Origin: Elusimicrobiota bacterium
GTDB lineage: Bacteria; Elusimicrobiota; Endomicrobiia; Endomicrobiales; Endomicrobiaceae
DNA length: 64,000 nucleotides
Assembly (NCBI GenBank): GCA_017528425.1
Contig: JAFXOV010000003.1
Coordinates: 25,174-89,173, forward strand
Reading direction: 5' to 3'
Below, piece by piece: positions 1 to 7,250 of the stretch. How positions within the stretch are numbered: position 1 is the stretch's first letter; each line of letters begins with the position of its first letter. The position numbers and the translations under genes were made by a program. The notes beneath the pieces are model-generated. The model was not told the DNA's origin, made no database searches, and worked only from the letters and a program-made list of their open reading frames with translations.

Positions 1-1574
1 GTAACTTCTTCTTCTTCCGTATATGTTACTTCTTCGGTATCTTCGTATGTTTCTTCTTCTTCATACGTGTATTCATACGTATATTTGTTACCGTTTTCAT
101 CCACATCTGTTGCCGTGGCTGTTTTTGTTACCGTTCTTGTCTTTTGTACCGTCACGGTCTTTGTTTTCTCTACGGTTACTGTTCTGGTTACCGTTTTTGT
201 TACCGTCTTTGCTCCGGTTATTTCTTTCATATCTTCTATACTTAATTTTTCAGACCTACCTTCTTTTACCTGTTCTTGTAAGCCCTCACTTGCACTTAAA
301 ACCCTTATTTTTCCATCTTTCCCTTCTGCTTTATAACTTACTCCTACTTCCTGTCCGTCTATATCTCTTCCTTCCTTTCCGCTTAATATCGCTTTTAATA
401 CTTGTACACTATACTCTACCTTATCTCCGTTCCTTACATTAGGATCACTTATCGTGAAGTTTCCGTTCTCTAACTTACTTACCGTTATATAATGATCACC
501 GTTTACCCATACTATAGCACTCTCTCCGGGCATTAAACCTTCCGCAAAAGAATCCATATCAACTGCATATCCCAATGTCTCCTGTCCGAACTGTTCCGAT
601 ACACTTTGAATGGTTAACATACTCGTCATTAATTGCGTCTCACCTGCATTTATTAAATCCTTGTTATTCTTAACAAATAAACCGGTAGATATTTCTACCA
701 ATAGCGCTTGTAATCCCAACACACCTTTACTTGTCACATTTAAAACTTCTTTCAACGCAGATACTGCACAGTTAATTATACTTCCTCCCTGTGCTAAGAA
801 ATTTGCTAGTAATCCTATTACTTCTTCCTTTTCTTTTTCTGTTTTGCCTGCCAAGACGTCTTCTAATCCTTTAGTAACATCTTCTTTACTTACTCCGCTC
901 TGTTTTGATAATTCACTTATTATTCTGTTATATTCCTGATTAACATCCAATTGCTCTTTGTTTTCTCCCTCTATTCCTTTTATGTCCGCTTTTTCTTCAT
1001 CTTCTTTTTTATTTATTGTTTCTTCTTTTATTTCTTCCTCTGCATTTTTTTCTGCTTTTACTTCCTGTCTTTCTGTTTCACCTATCTTCTCTATCTTTCC
1101 TATCTTCTTCTTTTCAGTTTCTCCTTTTTCAAACGATTTTTTTCTGTTTACAAGAGCTTGATAATATACAATATCACTTTGGCCAGCATATCCTAATACT
1201 TGTTCTTTTTCTGCATTATATACAGCTACTACTTTATTCTTTTTCTTATCCTTCACTACTCCGGCTTGTTCGTCTATCTCTATTATGCTATCAACTTCTT
1301 CTTCACTCATGTTTCCTATTCTGTTCATCGTATTCACACCTTCACCGCTTCCTGTCCTCATTGCTTCTTCCGATGTCGTCAAACCAATTTCACTCGTATC
1401 CGTCTTCCCTGTTTTTATAACCTGTTCATTTTTTTCTTTATTATCTTTTGCTCGTCTGTCACTTTTAGCATATACCGGTAAATTAGCTATACTTAAAATA
1501 AAACATAGAACCACAAATAAACTTATGGCTTTATTAAATAAAATCATCATCTTATTTTTTAATTTTGTATTCAA
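1..1574 (-). CDS. Secreted protein with a C39-like (papain-fold) cysteine peptidase domain. Partial: the 3' end runs off the window start.
   Basis: Manual minus-strand translation is open from 1574/1550 down to base 1, so it is absent from the ORF track. N-terminus MMILFNKAISLFVVLCFILSIANLPVYA looks like a signal peptide. The ordered motifs are LAQGGSIINCAVSAL (Cys codon 768-770), GDHYITV (His codon 492-494), then ISDPN. An in-frame TTG at 1574-1572 lies 6 nt after GAGGTG, while the ATG at 1550 has no SD. The plus-strand L/F-rich ORFs here are antisense artefacts. Confidence 0.75.
   Translation of the reverse strand, partial: MNTKLKNKMMILFNKAISLFVVLCFILSIANLPVYAKSDRRAKDNKEKNEQVIKTGKTDTSEIGLTTSEEAMRTGSGEGVNTMNRIGNMSEEEVDSIIEIDEQAGVVKDKKKNKVVAVYNAEKEQVLGYAGQSDIVYYQALVNRKKSFEKGETEKKKIGKIEKIGETERQEVKAEKNAEEEIKEETINKKEDEEKADIKGIEGENKEQLDVNQEYNRIISELSKQSGVSKEDVTKGLEDVLAGKTEKEKEEVIGLLANFLAQGGSIINCAVSALKEVLNVTSKGVLGLQALLVEISTGLFVKNNKDLINAGETQLMTSMLTIQSVSEQFGQETLGYAVDMDSFAEGLMPGESAIVWVNGDHYITVSKLENGNFTISDPNVRNGDKVEYSVQVLKAILSGKEGRDIDGQEVGVSYKAEGKDGKIRVLSASEGLQEQVKEGRSEKLSIEDMKEITGAKTVTKTVTRTVTVEKTKTVTVQKTRTVTKTATATDVDENGNKYTYEYTYEEEETYEDTEEVTYTEEEEV
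105..215 (-). repeat. In-frame short tandem coding repeats (KTVT/RTVT units) in the C-terminal part of the C39-like protein
   Basis: Repeated gttaccgtt/ggtaac-type units on the plus strand. They translate as KTVTKTVTRTVTVEKTKTVTVQKTRTVTKTATA, followed by the acidic stretch YTYEYTYEEEETYEDTEEVTYTEEEEV. Confidence 0.7.
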
Positions 1575-1697
1575 GAGATTCACCTCTGATTTTTTATAAA
1601 TAAAAAGAAGAGTACCTAATGTAGTATATATATATTATATAGGAATTCATAATAAAAGACTTGTTAAATTTTTGTGAAAAATTTATATTGAAAAAGA

Positions 1698-3494
1698 TTA
1701 AATATCTAATTGTTTAAGGACATCAAAAGTTTTGTTATAAAACTCTCTTAAATTTGTTTCATTATTTGAAGAATTTTGAGAATATAATACGATAGAACAA
1801 TCGTCTATAATTTCTTCTATTTGTTTTATCAAATCAGCATTAACAGACTTTTGTTCCAACTCTTTTCTTATTTTGTAAGCTGTCAAACCATCCGCAGACT
1901 GTCCCAAAACCGATGCAAAATATTCCAATAATCCTTTGTACATGTATTCATAAAATTCGGTTGCAACTTTTGTTTTCTTTGCCTTTTGGAAATATTTTTT
2001 TGATTTTTTGTATGCTTTTTTATTTTTTAATTTCTGTTGGTCTTTATTTATGTATTCAATATACTTAATAATCAATCTTGCCAAAATATATAAAAGTAAT
2101 AACGAACCTAAAATTATCCACAATACAGGCTTCTTTATAAACTCATAAATTTTAATAAAAACAGATATGTCTATGTTCGGTTGAACTTGACCTGTGATAT
2201 CCTTATCCCCATGAAAATCTTTATTATTTTCCACAATACCATTTGCAATATCAGAACTTTTTTTAACTGATAAATCTTCCAATACATTAACTTTTATACT
2301 TTTTGCAGGCAAATTTTTTACTTGTTTCATCTGTATATCAAAATATTTTTGAGAAAGGATTTTTATTTCTCCCTCACCTGAACTTAAAGGCATTATTAAA
2401 GTTGTAAATTCTTTTCCCGTTTCTTTATCACCTTGCTTTATTATTTTTTCGGATGTCTCATATTTCTTTAAATTATCGGAAAGCATAATTTCCGGTTCTT
2501 GAATTGTTCTAATATTACCGTCCCCGGATATTGTTATTTTTAAATCAAACGGTTCATTTTCTTTTTTATCTTTTTTATCTACGGTTGCAGACATTTTAAA
2601 ATTACCGACCATACCGATATTTTGAGGAACTTTTGAAACTTTTATATTTATTTCGTCGGTTACCAATTCAACGTTTTTACTTCTTCTGAAAAAACTGGCA
2701 AAAAAATCATCGTAGTTCTTGGAAAAATCTTCTATAGATACCATTAATGTTGATTTATCTATTTTTATGTTACCTTCTTGTTGAGGATACAGTTCGGTTG
2801 AAACTTCGGTAACGACATAATCTCTGCCGTTAATTTGTGTCCTGTAATTATTTTGTGTCGTATTACCGGTAAAAAAGCCGATAAAGCTCGGTCCCTGATA
2901 AGAAGGATTAGACAATAAATTAATCGATGTATAAAAAGAAAAAGTATATATTATTTTTTCATTGATATACGCTGTTTTTTTATTAACTTTTGCTTCAACA
3001 AAAACAGCCTTTGATGTATCAAAATTATAAACTTGCGAAGATTGTTTCTGTTGCGGTATTTGGGTATTTTGAACAGATACGGAACTTACCGTTTGCGCCG
3101 GTGAAACAGTTATTTTTATAGGATCTGTTTCATATGTTTGGCCGTCATAATCAAGTTTAAAAGAAGGAATTTCATATTCACCTTCTTTTTTAGGGCTTAA
3201 TGTGTATATATAACTTACGGTATTTGTTACCTGCCCGTTAATAATAGACATACTTTTGGACTGCGAAGAACCGTAAGTATTGAAATCTTTTAATGTCGGC
3301 GCAGAAAAATAAGGTAAACTTTTTGAATCGCCTGTTATTGAAATTGTAAGCTGCAAAGTTTCATTTAACGCAACAGATGTTTTGTTCACCGAAGAATACA
3401 TTTCAATTTTATTTGCATATACAAATGCTGTTGAAATAAAACAAATTGTTAAAGCATAAAATAACTGTCTGAATCTTTTCATAATTTTTACCAT
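1698..3494 (-). CDS. batD: BatD-like protein (oxygen-tolerance family); last gene of the Bat operon
   Basis: 598 aa with an N-terminal signal peptide, a long beta-rich extracytoplasmic region, one late TM helix (VLWIILGSLLLLYILARLI) and a helical cytoplasmic tail. It sits after the TPR BatC-like gene. Its start overlaps the upstream stop (ATGGTAA). Confidence 0.7.
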   Translation of the reverse strand: MVKIMKRFRQLFYALTICFISTAFVYANKIEMYSSVNKTSVALNETLQLTISITGDSKSLPYFSAPTLKDFNTYGSSQSKSMSIINGQVTNTVSYIYTLSPKKEGEYEIPSFKLDYDGQTYETDPIKITVSPAQTVSSVSVQNTQIPQQKQSSQVYNFDTSKAVFVEAKVNKKTAYINEKIIYTFSFYTSINLLSNPSYQGPSFIGFFTGNTTQNNYRTQINGRDYVVTEVSTELYPQQEGNIKIDKSTLMVSIEDFSKNYDDFFASFFRRSKNVELVTDEINIKVSKVPQNIGMVGNFKMSATVDKKDKKENEPFDLKITISGDGNIRTIQEPEIMLSDNLKKYETSEKIIKQGDKETGKEFTTLIMPLSSGEGEIKILSQKYFDIQMKQVKNLPAKSIKVNVLEDLSVKKSSDIANGIVENNKDFHGDKDITGQVQPNIDISVFIKIYEFIKKPVLWIILGSLLLLYILARLIIKYIEYINKDQQKLKNKKAYKKSKKYFQKAKKTKVATEFYEYMYKGLLEYFASVLGQSADGLTAYKIRKELEQKSVNADLIKQIEEIIDDCSIVLYSQNSSNNETNLREFYNKTFDVLKQLDI

Positions 3495-4339
3495 GTTTTC
3501 CCGCTTCTTCCTATTTTCCGAACAGCTTTACCACCATCTTTAGCATTATCAAGATTTTGCTTATCTTGTTTATCAAAATAATCTAAAAGATGTTGATTGG
3601 GATTCTGTTTCTGATTATTTTGTTTATCGTCTTTATCCTGTTGTTTGCTGTCGTCCTGTTTATCTTGATCTTTTTGTTTATCTTGTTGATTATTATCTTT
3701 ATCATTCTGATTATTTTTATCTTTGTCTTGATTATCTTTGTCCTTTTTATCCTGATTATCTTTTTTATCTTGTTGATTATCTTTATTTTCATTGTTTTGA
3801 TTCTGTTTATCTTTATCGTTATTGTCTTTATTATCTTGATTATCTTTGTTTTGATTATCTTGTTGTTTATTATCTTTATTTTTATCGTTTTTATTATCTT
3901 TATTATTATCTTTATTTTGTTGTTGTTCCTGTTGCAAAAACTCTATATTTTGTTTTGCTGCCATATCAGAACTATCCAATTTTAAACATTCTTTATAGTA
4001 ATTTAAAGCCGAATCTTTATCTTGTTTCCTGTATGCGGTATTTCCCATATTATATAATGTCGCACTTCTCAAATTAATGTCCTTCGTATTATTTAAAACA
4101 GTTTTATAATTTTCCATTGCTTTATCGTACTCGCCTTTTCTGTAATAAGCATTTGCCAAATTATAATTAATCATAGCATCTTCACTATTACTCTCTTTTG
4201 CTTTTTCGTAATATTCTATTGCTTTATCAAAATTATTTTTTTGATATTGTTTATTCCCCTTAACCATATTTTCATTTGCATAAGAAAATACAGAAAACAA
4301 AAACATTATAAAAATTGAGCTTAATATTTTTTTCATCAT
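3488..4339 (-). CDS. batC: BatC-like TPR-repeat protein with a long D/N/K/Q low-complexity tail
   Basis: Signal peptide, then about 3 TPR units (AIEYYEKA.., LANAYYRKGEYDKAMENY.., MGNTAYRKQDKDSALNYYKECL), then about 115 aa of KDN/QDK low complexity. Operon position follows two VWA genes. Confidence 0.7.
   Translation of the reverse strand: MMKKILSSIFIMFLFSVFSYANENMVKGNKQYQKNNFDKAIEYYEKAKESNSEDAMINYNLANAYYRKGEYDKAMENYKTVLNNTKDINLRSATLYNMGNTAYRKQDKDSALNYYKECLKLDSSDMAAKQNIEFLQQEQQQNKDNNKDNKNDKNKDNKQQDNQNKDNQDNKDNNDKDKQNQNNENKDNQQDKKDNQDKKDKDNQDKDKNNQNDKDNNQQDKQKDQDKQDDSKQQDKDDKQNNQKQNPNQHLLDYFDKQDKQNLDNAKDGGKAVRKIGRSGKTW
3593..3934 (-). repeat. Low-complexity coding repeat (Asp/Asn/Lys/Gln-rich) inside batC
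   Basis: aa 136-249 read QQEQQQNKDNNKDNKNDKNKDNKQQDNQNKDNQDNKDN... The DNA consists of degenerate ttatctttat / ttgtt units. Confidence 0.8.
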
Positions 4340-4343
4340 TCTC

Positions 4344-5348
4344 TTATATTCTTCCGTCCTTACGTTTTTTCGTTGTCGGCATAAACAAATATATTAACAA
4401 AAACAGCAATGCCACAGCCAAAGGATAATAAAATCTGTCTTCCAAATTATTAAAAATATTTGCCGTTCCTTCAATTTTATCGAGTTTGTTCAATCTGTCA
4501 ATAAGACTGCTTAAAGACGGATTTTGATTCATATTATAATATCTTCCGCCGGTAGCTAATGCTATTTGTTCCAAGGTAGAAGAATCAAGCTTTGTCACAA
4601 CCGTCTTGCCTTTTTCATCTTTCAAATATTCTTTAAATTGTCCGTTTTCATATGTAGGGATAGGCTCACCTTTTTCCGTTCCTATACCCACACAAAATAT
4701 TTTTGTTTGACTTTCTTTTGCAAGTTCTAATGCTTGTTTCAAATCCCCGTCAAAACTTTCACCGTCGGTAATAACAACAAGAGCTTTTGCATTTGAAGGA
4801 ACTTTTTTCAAGCTCTCACAAGCCAACTCTATCGGTGCTGCAATATTTGTCCCGTAAAAAGGAACAGCATCCGTATCAAGCAAAGATAAAAACATTTCAA
4901 AAGCTTTTATATCCGATGTTAACGGGCACTGCCAATAAGCCTGACCTGCAAAAGCAATCAAACCTATTCTCTGTCCTTTTAATTTTTCGGACAAATCTTT
5001 AAAAACAATTTTTGCTCTTGTAATTCTGTCAGGTTTTAAATCTTGTGCCAACATACTTTTTGATACATCTATGGCAACAACTATATCACTCGATAAAGAT
5101 TTCGCTTCAACTTGTTTTAATCCCCATTTAGGTCTTGCAAGAGCAACAACTATAAAGAACAATGCCAAAATAAAAGCCGTATTTTTTATAAACACTTTTA
5201 AGAAGTCTACATTCAGTAAATTTTTCCATAAACAAGAGTTCGTAAAATCATTTATTCTCTTTTTGGACAACTTAAAAGAAATCAAAAATATTATTAATAC
5301 GCCCAAAACAACTGTTAAAAATAATAAATTATTTACATTTTCAAACAT
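4344..5348 (-). CDS. batB: VWA-domain membrane protein, BatB-like
   Basis: 334 aa. N-terminal TM helices, a MIDAS motif DIVVAIDVSKSM, later ITDGES, and a C-terminal TM helix. Paired with a second VWA gene. Confidence 0.8.
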   Translation of the reverse strand: MFENVNNLLFLTVVLGVLIIFLISFKLSKKRINDFTNSCLWKNLLNVDFLKVFIKNTAFILALFFIVVALARPKWGLKQVEAKSLSSDIVVAIDVSKSMLAQDLKPDRITRAKIVFKDLSEKLKGQRIGLIAFAGQAYWQCPLTSDIKAFEMFLSLLDTDAVPFYGTNIAAPIELACESLKKVPSNAKALVVITDGESFDGDLKQALELAKESQTKIFCVGIGTEKGEPIPTYENGQFKEYLKDEKGKTVVTKLDSSTLEQIALATGGRYYNMNQNPSLSSLIDRLNKLDKIEGTANIFNNLEDRFYYPLAVALLFLLIYLFMPTTKKRKDGRI

Positions 5349-5350
5349 TA

Positions 5351-6337
5351 TTACGGCAACCTTTTCAAAATTGTAATTTTAAATAAAAATCCTAATATTA
5401 AAATCCAAAAGCCGGGAAACAAAAATTTCATAAATTGTTCATTATAATTTACCGATTTCGTATGCTCTATTGTAGTTTTTTCAAGATCGTCTATACTTGA
5501 AAACGCTTTATATAAATCTTTTGATGTTTGTGCGGAAAAATATTCCCCGTCGGTTTTTGCTGCAATTTCTTTCAACAAATTCTCATCTAAATCGTTTCCT
5601 TGAGCTTGAACCTTTCTTTTCCCCCAAAACAAATCGTCTATCTCATAATAATCTCTTTCACTTCCGACTCCTACCGTATAAACTTTTATACCGTTATCTT
5701 TTGCAAGCTGTGCTGCCGTCATAGGGCTGATTTCTCCCCTGTTATTTGCTCCGTCGGTAAGCAAAACAACAATCTTACTTTTACTGTCAACTTTTGAAAG
5801 CCTGTTAACTGCCGTTGCAAGTGCATCTCCTATTGCTGTTCCGTCGGCTTTTGTTATTTGTGTATTTATTAAATCAATAAAATTCACCAACGCATCTTTG
5901 TCTAATGTCAATGGACATTGTGTAAATGCTATCGAGCTGAAAACTACAATTCCCATCCTGTCATTTACTCTTTTTAGAACAAATTCTTTTGCCCTGTTTT
6001 TTGCATTTTGTATTCTTGAAACATTAACTGTAGGATCTATAGCTTCCATACTTGTAGATGTATCCATAACAAGCATTATATCTATACCGTTTGCTTGAAA
6101 AGTTTCATATTTAGACGAACTTTGAGGTCTTGCAAGAGCACAAATAACAAGACATATTCCCAATAATATCAATATGTCGGGAATTATCAATAATTTTGTT
6201 CTAAGACCTTTTTTATTACCGAAAAAGGATAATGAAGAAAATTTCAATAATCGCTTGGAATAATATTTTTTCTTAAAAAAGAAAAATATTAAAATTAAAG
6301 GAATTAAAGATAATAAATAAACATATAAAAATCTCAT
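5351..6337 (-). CDS. batA: VWA-domain membrane protein, BatA-like
   Basis: 328 aa. Two N-terminal TM helices, a MIDAS motif IDIMLVMDTSTSM, LLTDGANN, and a C-terminal TM helix. Confidence 0.8.
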   Translation of the reverse strand: MRFLYVYLLSLIPLILIFFFFKKKYYSKRLLKFSSLSFFGNKKGLRTKLLIIPDILILLGICLVICALARPQSSSKYETFQANGIDIMLVMDTSTSMEAIDPTVNVSRIQNAKNRAKEFVLKRVNDRMGIVVFSSIAFTQCPLTLDKDALVNFIDLINTQITKADGTAIGDALATAVNRLSKVDSKSKIVVLLTDGANNRGEISPMTAAQLAKDNGIKVYTVGVGSERDYYEIDDLFWGKRKVQAQGNDLDENLLKEIAAKTDGEYFSAQTSKDLYKAFSSIDDLEKTTIEHTKSVNYNEQFMKFLFPGFWILILGFLFKITILKRLP

Positions 6338-7209
6338 AGTTTTTCTATAAAACCTTTTGCTGTTTCAAAATCTTTTTCTATTTCTTCCGATGACGGTATA
6401 AGTTTTGCAAATTTAACGAAATCACAATTAATCAAATAATTTTTTAATTCTCTGTTGTGTTCCGGTGCAATTTTATTTTTCAACATAGAATAAAACTCTG
6501 TTGTTGTTTTTTCCATTCCGTCAACGGAATAAGTTCTTGATATGTAAAATCTGATAATATCCGATAATCTATCGTAATATTCTTTTACATGACCTTTCTC
6601 TATTAAACTAAGAGTCTGTAATTCATCCAATTGTTTTAATGCATATTCTTTCGGAGGAATAGATTGTATTATTTCTTCCGGTGTGGGTTTTCTGTTTTTC
6701 TTTTTAATATACCTGTAAATGAAGTATATTGCCAAGCTTAAAATTATTAATGCTATCAAAAACGGTAAATACCATAATAAGCCATGATGAAATTTAATGA
6801 TACCTTTTATATCTAAAATATCCGTCGGCGGATTTTTAGGATCCAACACACTTTTTACTTCTATAGGCAATGCATTTGTTTTTACGAATTTTTTTTGATC
6901 AACATAAGTGTAAGGAATCTCAACCGATAAAAGTTCTGTCTTCCCTGCTTTATAAACGGATAAAACCAAATCTACACTACCGTCTTGTGTCGGTTGAACA
7001 TTTAGAAGTTCAAAATCTCCGAAATTTGCTTCGGCAAGTTTTTCTTTATCCAAAGAATCAACGGTTAACCCTTCGGCTTTTATATTAAGAACAACTTTAT
7101 CACCGACTGTTATATCATTTTGCGGTGATAAAGTTTGTTCAAATGCATATAATCCGACAACTGATACAAATAATATTACAACTGCTAATGCTTTTTTATA
7201 TAAAAACAT
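6334..7209 (-). CDS. Membrane protein of the Bat operon (DUF4381-like position and architecture, tentative)
   Basis: 291 aa. Signal/TM N-terminus, an extracytoplasmic beta-rich segment, a central TM helix (LWYLPFLIALIILSLAIYFIY) and a helical C-terminal domain. It overlaps batA by 4 nt. It occupies the slot between DUF58 and batA that such proteins hold in known MoxR-VWA operons. Confidence 0.6.
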   Translation of the reverse strand: MFLYKKALAVVILFVSVVGLYAFEQTLSPQNDITVGDKVVLNIKAEGLTVDSLDKEKLAEANFGDFELLNVQPTQDGSVDLVLSVYKAGKTELLSVEIPYTYVDQKKFVKTNALPIEVKSVLDPKNPPTDILDIKGIIKFHHGLLWYLPFLIALIILSLAIYFIYRYIKKKNRKPTPEEIIQSIPPKEYALKQLDELQTLSLIEKGHVKEYYDRLSDIIRFYISRTYSVDGMEKTTTEFYSMLKNKIAPEHNRELKNYLINCDFVKFAKLIPSSEEIEKDFETAKGFIEKL

Positions 7210-7250
7210 TTGTTCTTGCTCGCAAGAAACAAACTGAAAGATTGTTTTCC

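Noticed and set aside
23-1599. Seven overlapping plus-strand ORFs (60-139 aa) rich in L/F/S/P
   Set aside because: They are low-complexity antisense translations of a purine-rich minus-strand gene, which has a signal peptide and a recognisable peptidase domain. None has an SD or a recognisable motif.
3583-3985. ORFs 3590-3985 (+, 131 aa, I/L/F-only) and 3583-3792 (-, 69 aa, K/I/N-only)
   Set aside because: They are alternative-frame or antisense readings of the batC low-complexity tract. Their composition is implausible for real proteins.
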